From the UHGV virus genome UHGV-0205140: 41,602 nucleotides of DNA; one strand, 5' to 3'. Origin of the DNA: a virus. This document shows positions 1-8,138 of the stretch, in pieces. The number at the start of each line of letters is the position of its first letter. The stretch's first letter is position 1. Made by a program: the position numbers and the translations under genes. Below the pieces are notes generated by a model. It saw only the letters and a list, made by a program, of their open reading frames with translations, searched no databases and was not told where the DNA came from.

Positions 1-21
1 ATTGTGACGACAGGAGGAAAA

Positions 22-291
22 ATGGATAATAAAACTATATCAGATATCTTCGTGGATGTCTATAACCGGTTCTGGATGAAATGGCGCGACCGTGTGCCGC
101 CAGAAGATTCAGGGGAATGGGATGTACTGAGAGCGGAAGCAGATGCAATCAAGGAAAAGTACGGGAACCATATGGTTCGGAAGTGGGAAGGTACATCCCC
201 TACAACGGAGGAAGAGCCGGTAGCGTCTCCACTTGTTAATTTTGTTATGGATGAACTGGAGGCCAGAAACAGAAAGGGGCAGAAGAAATGA
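22..291 (+). CDS. hypothetical phage protein
   Basis: ORF with AGGAGG 4-5 nt upstream of the ATG at position 22. The six-frame track starts at a GTG at position 4. Confidence 0.45.
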   Translation: MDNKTISDIFVDVYNRFWMKWRDRVPPEDSGEWDVLRAEADAIKEKYGNHMVRKWEGTSPTTEEEPVASPLVNFVMDELEARNRKGQKK

Positions 292-431
292 AACAGCCAA
301 AGAGTGAACCGGTCTATATCTGCAGCATATGCGGGAAGGATATAGCCGGGGATCATGTATATATCAAAACAAGGAGAGGAACAGTGTTGCATATCCATTA
401 TGGGTGTATGCCGGTAAGGAAAGGGAAATAG
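288..431 (+). CDS. small Cys/His-rich (zinc-ribbon-like) protein, 47 aa
   Basis: The ATG overlaps the upstream stop (ATGA coupling). Contains CxxC ... H..H..GC. Confidence 0.3.
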   Translation: MKQPKSEPVYICSICGKDIAGDHVYIKTRRGTVLHIHYGCMPVRKGK

Positions 432-433
432 AT

Positions 434-589
434 ATGGCTAAGATATGGATACAGGGCAAGGAGAGATTTATGTGCCCGGCATGTGAGAATGAGAGGATTG
501 AGCCGGGGCAGAATTACTGCCAGATATGCGGCGAGGCACTTGAGTGGGAGGAGGAAGGCGGGAATGAAGAGATTAACGCAGAAAGATGA
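434..589 (+). CDS. small zinc-ribbon protein (CPAC...CQIC), 51 aa
   Basis: ATG preceded by an AAGGGAA RBS. Two CxxC pairs. It is the internal start of the 329..589 ORF. Confidence 0.4.
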   Translation: MAKIWIQGKERFMCPACENERIEPGQNYCQICGEALEWEEEGGNEEINAER

Positions 590-992
590 GCAGGGAAATT
601 GGTGCTTGGAGGGAGTGCCATGGGAACAGCTGCATGAAGGACAGGTAATCACCAAGCCTTTACGGGAACGGCTGTATGGAGCTCTCTGGAAGTTGATGGA
701 GTATGAGGATACCGGTCTGGCGCCGGAAGAAATCAAGGCGTTAAACGCGAACAGAAAAACATCGGAGCACCGCTGGATCCCGGTGGAGGAGAGGTTGCCG
801 GAAGATGATAATTATATTCTACTATCGTTCAGCAATTTCTCTCTACCACTGATCGGAAGATATGAGGCTGATAATGATGGTGGAGGAGCGTTCTATCTGG
901 GTGACAATGATGAGGGAGATACCTGTCTATCAGAGGATCTGTATGTTAATGCCTGGATGCCGCTGCCGGAGCCATACCGGCCAGAGGAGTGA
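564..992 (+). CDS. DUF551-like phage protein
   Basis: C-terminal RWIPVEERLPE ... GRYEADNDGG ... NAWMPLPEPY is typical of DUF551. GGAGGAAGG sits 6 nt upstream of the ATG at 564. Confidence 0.55.
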   Translation: MKRLTQKDEQGNWCLEGVPWEQLHEGQVITKPLRERLYGALWKLMEYEDTGLAPEEIKALNANRKTSEHRWIPVEERLPEDDNYILLSFSNFSLPLIGRYEADNDGGGAFYLGDNDEGDTCLSEDLYVNAWMPLPEPYRPEE

Positions 993-1294
993 GTTTCTCC
1001 CAAGGAATTACTTGGTATCCTTGGGAGCACAGAGGGCCTGATGTGCAGCCATAGTGGCCAGAGAGTCACCAAGCTGCATAAAGATGGAACTGATCAGGGC
1101 GATCTCTTCTGGAGACTTGCCATCGGCAATACAACAGGCCAGAGCAGAAATCGTTACTGTAAGTTCACAAGAATCCATGATATCACCTCAGGATAGTATA
1201 TGTGTTGATATCATGGATAGAACAGAATCAAGATCTAAGAAAGGAGCTGGAACCTCCGGCCGGGGTAATGCTATAGCAGGTTCCTTTCAGAAAA

Positions 1295-2422
1295 ATGGAA
1301 AAGAAAGAATTAACTACAGAAGAGTGGAAGACCGAAAAGAAGAAAAAGAAAGCGCAGATGACCGCCATGCAGGCCCTGCCTTACGAGGTAAAGGTGAGAA
1401 GAGCAGAGCTGCGGGCCCGAGAGTACATAGACAAGCTGGATGAAATGGGGCTGAATGCCCATGTCAGTGTGGGTGGGCTGGACAGCATTGTGCTCCTGAT
1501 GTTCCTCCGGAAGATTGGGATTGATGTGCCAGCTATATCCGTGTCAGCTCTAGAAGACAGGAGCATTCAAAAGGTACATAAGGATTTAGGCGTAATATCT
1601 ATCATGCCGGGGAAGCCCAAAGTACAGATTTTGCAGGAATACGGTTTTCCAGTAATCTCCAAGAAGATTGCAGGCCGGATTGATACGCTACAGCATCCCA
1701 CAGAGAAGAATAAGACGGTCCGCCATGCAATTATTACAGGCGAGTGTGGAGCTCAGGGACATTATGCCAAGAAGAGTCGAATGAAAATGCCGCAGAAGTG
1801 GCTGGAGCTGTTTGCAGGTTATGAGAATGATAATGAGGGAGTGAACTACCAGATAGCCCCATTTTTGGTATCGAATAAGTGTTGCCTGTACATGAAAGAA
1901 CAACCGTGTGAGAAGTGGGCAAAGAAACATAGCAGCCGGCCATTTTTGGGACTGATGGCATCGGAAGGTGGCCAGAGGGAAGAAGCATTGGTTGAGCATG
2001 GATGCAACTATTTTGGCAAAACCACGATTCGATCAGCACCATTCGCGCCCTTTCTTCGCCGGGATCTGTTACAGTTGGCTCTTGATTTGAATGCACCAAT
2101 ACCGGAGATTTATGGAGAGATCGCCAGAAAACCGGATGGAACCTTATACACCACAGGTGCCCAGAGAACGGGATGCAGTATGTGCGGATTTGGAGTCCAT
2201 ATGGAGACAAGGCCACATCGATTCGATCAGCTGAGGATGCGAAACCCCAAGGAATGGGAGTTCTGGATGTACCGCTGCTGTACAGATCCGAAGACTGGCG
2301 AAAAGTTTGGTTGGGGCCGAGTGCTGGATTACATCGGGGTTGAATGGGAGAACATACCGGACGGTGTAGATTTACCTGGACAGATGGACTTTTTTACAGA
2401 TGGGTTTATTTCAGAAAATTAA
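1295..2422 (+). CDS. PAPS reductase-family (PP-loop ATP pyrophosphatase) protein with a DUF3440-like C-terminal region, IbrA/YbdN-like
   Basis: SVGGLDS matches the SGGxDS PP-loop motif. The 375-aa length fits PAPS_reduct plus DUF3440. The start is uncertain (ATG 1295 or ATG 1358). Confidence 0.55.
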   Translation: MEKKELTTEEWKTEKKKKKAQMTAMQALPYEVKVRRAELRAREYIDKLDEMGLNAHVSVGGLDSIVLLMFLRKIGIDVPAISVSALEDRSIQKVHKDLGVISIMPGKPKVQILQEYGFPVISKKIAGRIDTLQHPTEKNKTVRHAIITGECGAQGHYAKKSRMKMPQKWLELFAGYENDNEGVNYQIAPFLVSNKCCLYMKEQPCEKWAKKHSSRPFLGLMASEGGQREEALVEHGCNYFGKTTIRSAPFAPFLRRDLLQLALDLNAPIPEIYGEIARKPDGTLYTTGAQRTGCSMCGFGVHMETRPHRFDQLRMRNPKEWEFWMYRCCTDPKTGEKFGWGRVLDYIGVEWENIPDGVDLPGQMDFFTDGFISEN

Positions 2423-2449
2423 GATTTCCAAAGGAGGAATATTTATAAA

Positions 2450-2647
2450 ATGGGATTAGATATAATAAGTGTTTTCAATCCACCAAAAGAAAAAAATGAT
2501 TATAAACCAACAAATGCAGATAAAATTCGCAGCATGAGTAATGATGAATTGGCGAAATTTATCACTCAGCAGTTTTGTCATGGAATTGGGATAGAACTGA
2601 TTTCAGACTGGCTTCAGCAACCAATATCAGAGCAAAGTGAGGAATAA
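2450..2647 (+). CDS. hypothetical protein
   Basis: AAAGGAGGAA RBS and tight packing with neighbours. Confidence 0.45.
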   Translation: MGLDIISVFNPPKEKNDYKPTNADKIRSMSNDELAKFITQQFCHGIGIELISDWLQQPISEQSEE

Positions 2648-2719
2648 AAAATGAAGTATTTATATGCATTTGCTGTAATTTTATTATCCGTATATCTATC
2701 AATAAATTAGGAGGACTAA

Positions 2720-3049
2720 ATGGAATATAGACCCAGAATTATCAAGGGAACCGTAAAGAATACGGGATATCCGATTGATGGTCATGTGCTCTATTTCTCT
2801 CAGTGGGACTATGACAACTATGAATATTATCATCTCTATGGTTGGTTAGGAGAAACAACAGAGGAGGCTGTCATGCGGACGATGTATCAGACAGAAACAG
2901 AGGCTGGTCTTTGTTTGTATGATACGCCGGAGGAATTTGTGAAGGCGTGGAAAGAGAAAGAATGGGAAGCGCAGGGGTCATTTTGCCTCGCTTTGGAACA
3001 GGTGGAAGTTCTGGAGGTGCTTCAAAAGGAGTATATAGAAGAAAATTAA
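2720..3049 (+). CDS. hypothetical protein
   Basis: TTAGGAGGA RBS upstream of the ATG. Confidence 0.5.
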   Translation: MEYRPRIIKGTVKNTGYPIDGHVLYFSQWDYDNYEYYHLYGWLGETTEEAVMRTMYQTETEAGLCLYDTPEEFVKAWKEKEWEAQGSFCLALEQVEVLEVLQKEYIEEN

Positions 3050-3109
3050 GTCCTGGTTTGGAGAAGCCATACCTATTGCACCACTCATTCTAACAGCTTA
3101 AGCAACAAG

Positions 3110-3355
3110 ATGGATAATTCCTTACTGGCTGTAAGGGATATTAACCATAAACATATTGTAGTAGGTTTGGAGGAGGAATTGACCCTGAGCGAAGAAGTGA
3201 TAGGAATAAAGGAATGCAGAGATTTACGGATGTATATTCATGAGTTTACAAAAGGCTGTGTTCTGACAAAAGGTGAATATCGGGACATTATGATTGTCCT
3301 GGGAAGGGCGGCCGACCGATTGGAGAAGTCAGGACAGGTAATTCCTGAAAACTGA
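3110..3355 (+). CDS. hypothetical protein
   Basis: ORF with a weak RBS. The call rests on context only. Confidence 0.35.
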   Translation: MDNSLLAVRDINHKHIVVGLEEELTLSEEVIGIKECRDLRMYIHEFTKGCVLTKGEYRDIMIVLGRAADRLEKSGQVIPEN

Positions 3356-3374
3356 CATTTGGTGGAGATGTGAA

Positions 3375-3557
3375 ATGAAGGTACTTGTTACTTGGTTAAA
3401 AAAGAATGGTAATTGTCGATATTGGACGAGTGCCAATGAAACTGAACAGATAGCGATGTCTCTGGTGGGATTAAAAGGAGCTATTCAGAGAATAGCAGAT
3501 AAAAGTAACATTTCTTTTGAGGAAGCCTGGGAAAAAGTATTCCAAAAAGATTTATAA
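3375..3557 (+). CDS. hypothetical protein
   Basis: GGTGGAGATG RBS-like sequence upstream. Confidence 0.4.
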   Translation: MKVLVTWLKKNGNCRYWTSANETEQIAMSLVGLKGAIQRIADKSNISFEEAWEKVFQKDL

Positions 3558-3584
3558 AACCTGACATTTGAGAGGCGAGAAATA

Positions 3585-3806
3585 ATGCATGATTTTATAA
3601 GATATTCAGAGATAGATGAAAACAAAATATTGCCATGTCCATTCTGTGGAGGCCACGCTGTCTTAATAAAAACGTATTGTAAAGATACAAAATACATAGG
3701 GTATCACATATTTCACGGGAATTGCTCTCTGGCGGGTGCCCTGAGGACGAGCAGTTTTAATACACCGGAAGAGGCAATTAAAAAGTGGAATAAAAGGATG
3801 GGATAG
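3585..3806 (+). CDS. Lar-family restriction alleviation-like protein
   Basis: PCPFCGGHAV near the N-terminus and EEAIKKWNKR near the C-terminus match the Lar-family layout. GAGGCGAGAAATAATG RBS. Confidence 0.5.
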   Translation: MHDFIRYSEIDENKILPCPFCGGHAVLIKTYCKDTKYIGYHIFHGNCSLAGALRTSSFNTPEEAIKKWNKRMG

Positions 3807-3808
3807 TC

Positions 3809-3955
3809 ATGTGGCAGAAGAAAAATCCATACCTGGAATACGCCATAGCCCTGCTGCGGGGCCAGAAAGAAGGGATACATAATGGGGATTGTAAAAACGG
3901 AGGCCCAGAGGAAGGCGAACCGGCTGCGGAGAGAGCGGGCAGTAGCGGCCAGTGA
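3809..3955 (+). CDS. small hypothetical protein, 48 aa
   Basis: The ATG sits 2 nt after the Lar stop, with AAGGATGGGA upstream. Confidence 0.25.
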   Translation: MWQKKNPYLEYAIALLRGQKEGIHNGDCKNGGPEEGEPAAERAGSSGQ

Positions 3956-4066
3956 CGCAGAGGCGATCCGGGGGCCTAAGCTGGATGAGTGGTCAGCCCG
4001 GATGCCGGCCTATGCGTATACGTCATTATGCCCGGATGAGAGATACAGGAGGTGATACCGTTGGAA

Positions 4067-4468
4067 ATGACAATAAAGCGCTTGGAAAGCTACAAGAGAC
4101 TGATGCAGGAAATTGCGATCCTGAGGTGGGAACTGAATGAAATGAATACAACAGATGCAGGGCTGGGGAGCAGCGTCATAAAAGACTATAGTAAGGGCTT
4201 TGAACGTCCGCAGGCAGTGGTGGGCTTTGATGGTGAACGATATAGAAGAAAGCGCCGGCTTCTGGATCAGAAAGAGGCAGAAGCAGAAGAAATTAGAAAG
4301 TGGGTTGAGGCAATCGAGGATACGGCTACCAGGAAAGTATTTGAATATTTCTATCTGGATGGGCTGCCATGGAAAGAGGTTGCAAAAAGACTGGGGTATC
4401 GGGATAACCCAGACTATCCGAGGATAATGATTCGGGATACATATTTGAAAAAAGTTGGAATGAAGTAA
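4067..4468 (+). CDS. late-gene transcriptional activator (ArpU/RinA/sigma-70 region-4-like)
   Basis: C-terminal YFYLDGLPWKEVAKRLGY resembles sigma-70 region-4 HTH. It lies immediately upstream of the terminase, as late activators do. AGGAGG upstream; the start may be TTG 4061 or ATG 4067. Confidence 0.55.
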   Translation: MTIKRLESYKRLMQEIAILRWELNEMNTTDAGLGSSVIKDYSKGFERPQAVVGFDGERYRRKRRLLDQKEAEAEEIRKWVEAIEDTATRKVFEYFYLDGLPWKEVAKRLGYRDNPDYPRIMIRDTYLKKVGMK

Positions 4469-4605
4469 AAATAATTCGTTTTATTCGTTAAATTCGTTTT
4501 ATAATAAAATCCGAAGCCAAAGGCATACAGCCGACGGCTTTCGACCAATACCTCTTCATTGAGTACATGGCCCGGCGTAACAGCTGGGCCGCCCCCCATT
4601 TTATT

Positions 4606-4678
4606 GGATCCTTAGCTCAGCTGGCAGAGCAGGTGGTTGTTAACCACCATGTCACAGGTTCGATTCCTGTAGGATCCG
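4606..4678 (+). tRNA. tRNA-Asn (anticodon GTT)
   Basis: Hand-folded cloverleaf: acceptor GGATCCT/AGGATCC, D arm GCTC-AGCTGGCA-GAGC, anticodon stem GGTGG/CCACC with loop TTGTTAA (GTT), T arm ACAGG-TTCGATT-CCTGT, discriminator G. Confidence 0.8.
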
Positions 4679-4759
4679 TTTGGATGGATACAACATTTTG
4701 TAATTTCTCCTTTGTATGGGTCCCTGCTTTGGCGGGGGCTCTCTTTTTTGTCAACATAT

Positions 4760-4779
4760 TGTGGATAATGTGTGGATAA
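4760..4779 (-). promoter_or_regulatory. two tandem perfect DnaA boxes (TTATCCACA; TGTGGATAA on the + strand), 2 bp apart
   Basis: TGTGGATAA at 4760-4768 and 4771-4779. Each reverse-complements to the 9-mer DnaA box consensus. Confidence 0.6.
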
Positions 4780-4892
4780 ATACAAGATATTGATTGGAGG
4801 TAGCCCCGGCTATCTCTTTTCTTTTACCAAAAACGACGAATCGAGACGGCTCTGGCTGCCTCTTTTTGATTGAAGAAAGCGAGGTGAGCCTG

Positions 4893-5414
4893 ATGGCAGC
4901 AAAAAAGACGGTCGGAAGGCCGCCTAAATACGAAAGCAAAGAACAGATTGAAGGCTTAATTGAGCAGTATTTTATGGATTGTGAGGGAGAAATATTGAAA
5001 GATGCAGAAGGGAATCCGATTTTGAATAAATGGGGGAACCCAGTTATCGTCAATCAGAGGCCTCCAACCATCACAGGGTTGGCACTTGCTCTGGGGTTCG
5101 CAAGTAGGCAGGCACTGCTTAACTATCAGGGCAAAAAAGAATTTAATGACACGATAACGCGTGCGAAGTCTCGTATTGAGCAATACGCAGAAGAACGGCT
5201 GTTTGACCGCGACGGATCCAACGGGGCAAAGTTCAGTCTGAGCAATAACTTCTCTGGATGGGGTGAGAAGCCTCCATCTGATCTTGATGAGGAAGAGCAG
5301 AGAGCCCGCATCGCTCAGATCAAAGCCCAGACGGATAAGCTGAAAGGCACTGACAACGGTGCAGAGCTGAGCCGCCTGGATGAGGTTCTGAGTGAGATCA
5401 AAGGGGTTGTGTGA
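4893..5414 (+). CDS. terS: terminase small subunit
   Basis: MAAKKTVGRPPKYESKEQIEGLIEQYF is a typical TerS N-terminal HTH. GAGGTGA RBS. It lies immediately upstream of TerL. Confidence 0.7.
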   Translation: MAAKKTVGRPPKYESKEQIEGLIEQYFMDCEGEILKDAEGNPILNKWGNPVIVNQRPPTITGLALALGFASRQALLNYQGKKEFNDTITRAKSRIEQYAEERLFDRDGSNGAKFSLSNNFSGWGEKPPSDLDEEEQRARIAQIKAQTDKLKGTDNGAELSRLDEVLSEIKGVV

Positions 5415-5415
5415 T

Positions 5416-6672
5416 ATGCCATTTTCCGATAAGCAGCAGGAGTTTTTCCAGAACGCGAACCACCGCTGGAATATCAAGGTAGGCGCTACACGTTCTGGAA
5501 AGACTTATATGGACTATTATGTAATTCCCAAGAGAATCCGTGCCAGAGCCGGAAAAGAGGGCCTGGTGGCAATTCTGGGCGTGTCTAAGGGCACGATCCA
5601 GCGTAACATCATCGAACCATTACAACGAATCTGGGGTACAAATCTTGTGGGAGATATCAATTCCCAGAACATTTGCCCGATGTTTGGCGAGGATGTTTAC
5701 TGCCTCGGGGCCGAAAAGGTCAGTCAGGTATCTAAGATCCGGGGATCTTCACTGAAATACTGCTATGGTGATGAGGTGGTGGATTGGAACCAGGACGTAT
5801 TTAATATGCTTAAATCCCGTCTTGATAAGCCATATTCCTGTTTTGATGGGGCGTGCAACCCGGATGCCCCGCAGCACTGGTTTAAGCAGTTTCTGGATTC
5901 AGACGCTGATATTTACTGCCAGAAGTATGAACTTTTTGACAATCCATTTGTAAGCCCTGTATTTGTGGATGAGCTTTGTAAGGAGTACAAAGGGACGGTC
6001 CTATATGACCGGTACATCCGTGGGCTGTGGGTTGCGGCAGAAGGATCTGTGTATAAGCTGATGTGCGACGCAGTATCCAGTGGAGGGGTTAATCCCTTTG
6101 CAATCTATGAAAAGCCTAAGAGTATCATGCAGATCAATATCGGCGTCGACTTTGGCGGTTCCGGCTCCGGCCACGCATTTGTGGCTACAGCATATTCCAG
6201 GGCTTACCACAGTATTACCGCCCTTGCCAGTGAGCGCCATATGAGCAAAAACGGAAGCATTGACCCGGATAAGCTGGGGAATCTGTTCGTAGACTTCTGT
6301 CTGAAGATCATTAACCTATACGGCTTCATTACTGCTGTTTACTGCGACAATGCAGAGCAGACGCTGATTGCAGGACTGAGGACGGCTGTCAGGAAGTCGG
6401 GGTTTGGATGGATCCGGATCGAGAACGCACTTAAGACAACAATCAATGACCGAATACGTTTTACGCAGCGGATGCTCAGCCAGCACCGCTTTTCTTACAC
6501 GAAAGATCAGTGCCAGACGCTGGAGGATGCCCTTACTACTGCACTGTGGGATGAGGAAAAGAGTCTTGTGGAAGATGTGAGGCTGGATGATGGTACCAGT
6601 GATATAGATACACTGGACGCGTTTGAGTACACATTTGAGCGGGATATCAGCCGGTTTATCCGGTACGAATAG
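5416..6672 (+). CDS. terL: terminase large subunit (PBSX/XtmB-like)
   Basis: Walker A GATRSGKT near the N-terminus. About 420 aa. The start overlaps the TerS stop. Confidence 0.8.
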   Translation: MPFSDKQQEFFQNANHRWNIKVGATRSGKTYMDYYVIPKRIRARAGKEGLVAILGVSKGTIQRNIIEPLQRIWGTNLVGDINSQNICPMFGEDVYCLGAEKVSQVSKIRGSSLKYCYGDEVVDWNQDVFNMLKSRLDKPYSCFDGACNPDAPQHWFKQFLDSDADIYCQKYELFDNPFVSPVFVDELCKEYKGTVLYDRYIRGLWVAAEGSVYKLMCDAVSSGGVNPFAIYEKPKSIMQINIGVDFGGSGSGHAFVATAYSRAYHSITALASERHMSKNGSIDPDKLGNLFVDFCLKIINLYGFITAVYCDNAEQTLIAGLRTAVRKSGFGWIRIENALKTTINDRIRFTQRMLSQHRFSYTKDQCQTLEDALTTALWDEEKSLVEDVRLDDGTSDIDTLDAFEYTFERDISRFIRYE

Positions 6673-6683
6673 AGGTGATGAGG

Positions 6684-8063
6684 ATGAAATTTTCAAAAAT
6701 GCTGACAGCGATCACAGAGATATTGAATCAGAATTCCGACACGCAGATAGATGTATGCCTGACTTCTCAGATGGCCTCTGCGATTGAGTTATGGACAGCC
6801 ATGTACGAGAATCATGCTCCCTGGGTAGACCGGGAAACAGTCAAGAGCGCACAGATACCGGCAGCTATCGCCTCAGAGATTGCAAGATTGGTGACATTGG
6901 AGATGCAGTCGGAGATAACCGGCGGCGCGGCGGCTGAATATCTGAACCAGGAGTACCAGAAAAAGGTGCTGGCTGATCTGCGGCGCTATGTGGAATACGG
7001 GTGCGCAAAGGGCGGTCTGATTCTTAAACCGTATATGACGAAAACAGGGCTTGCAATCCAGTATGTGCAGGCAGACAGCTTTTTCCCGCTGTCGTTCGAT
7101 GATTCGGGCCGGATCATGCAATGCGTGTTTACGGAACAGTTCCGAAAAGGAAAGAAGATATATACCCGGCTGGAAGTACATACGCTGCAGAATGATGTAA
7201 TCCACATCACAAACAGGGCTTTCGTGGCTACCAACGATTACAGCCTGGGAACAGAGCTCGAGGTCAGCAGCGTGGACCGCTGGTCTGAATTGGTGCCGGA
7301 GATATCACTTGCGGGATCGGACAGGCTCCTGTTTGGGTATTTCAAGGTACCTATGGCAAATGCGGAGGACACAGACAGCCCGTTGGGGGTATCGGTATAT
7401 TCCAGAGCAGACGAGCTGGTAGCGGAAGCGGACCGGAGGTACTCAAATATCTGCTGGGAGTATGAGGGCACGCAGCTTGCGGTTCATATTGCTGAGAGTA
7501 TGCTGAAATACAACAAGGACAGGGATAAGTTTGAATATCCGGGAGGAAAAAAACGATTATATCGGGAGTTGAACTACGAGATAGGAGCCACAGACAAGCC
7601 GCTTATTGATACATTTTCTCCCGGAATTCGAGATACCGCCCTGTTTAACGGATTTAATGCCCAGCTACGGCTGATTGAGTTTGCCTGCAATCTGGCATAT
7701 GGCACCCTGTCAGATCCCCAGAATGTGGATAAGACGGCCACAGAGATCAAGGTCAGCAAGCAGAGGTCTTACACGTTTGTTTCCGACACGCAGATGGCTT
7801 TACAGCGAGCTCTGGAAGATCTGGTATACGCTATGAACTTCTGGGCGGTGCTGTATGGCCTGATCCCTCCGGGGAATGATTATCAGGTATCCTTTGTTTG
7901 GGATGACAGTATCATCGTGGATGCGGAAACGGAGCGGCAGACAGACCGGCAGGATGTGACTATGGGCGTAATGTCATTGGCTGAGTACCGCAGTAAGTGG
8001 TACGGGGAGACGCTGGAAGAGGCGGCAAAAAATCTGCCGGAACCAGCATTGACAGAGGAGTGA
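6684..8063 (+). CDS. portal protein
   Basis: About 460 aa ORF directly after TerL. AGAGGTGA RBS. Size and position fit SPP1 gp6-like portals. Confidence 0.7.
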   Translation: MKFSKMLTAITEILNQNSDTQIDVCLTSQMASAIELWTAMYENHAPWVDRETVKSAQIPAAIASEIARLVTLEMQSEITGGAAAEYLNQEYQKKVLADLRRYVEYGCAKGGLILKPYMTKTGLAIQYVQADSFFPLSFDDSGRIMQCVFTEQFRKGKKIYTRLEVHTLQNDVIHITNRAFVATNDYSLGTELEVSSVDRWSELVPEISLAGSDRLLFGYFKVPMANAEDTDSPLGVSVYSRADELVAEADRRYSNICWEYEGTQLAVHIAESMLKYNKDRDKFEYPGGKKRLYRELNYEIGATDKPLIDTFSPGIRDTALFNGFNAQLRLIEFACNLAYGTLSDPQNVDKTATEIKVSKQRSYTFVSDTQMALQRALEDLVYAMNFWAVLYGLIPPGNDYQVSFVWDDSIIVDAETERQTDRQDVTMGVMSLAEYRSKWYGETLEEAAKNLPEPALTEE

Positions 8064-8138
8064 GGATATGAAAAAAATCAATTACAGTGAGTGTCATTTT
8101 GAGTTTACCGTGTCGGATGGCACGGATAGGATGGTCGT

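Noticed and set aside
1054-1443. 129-aa ORF upstream of and overlapping the PAPS-reductase-like gene
   Set aside because: It has Arg/Gly/Ser-rich low complexity and overlaps the better-supported 1295 gene in another frame. The region 993-1294 is treated as non-coding.
3952-4140. 62-aa ORF upstream of and overlapping the late-activator gene
   Set aside because: It is Arg/Gly-rich and overlaps the activator start region in another frame. It has no RBS.
4567-4779. 70-aa ORF overlapping the tRNA-Asn and the DnaA boxes
   Set aside because: It overlaps a well-folded tRNA. It has no RBS and no coding-like composition.
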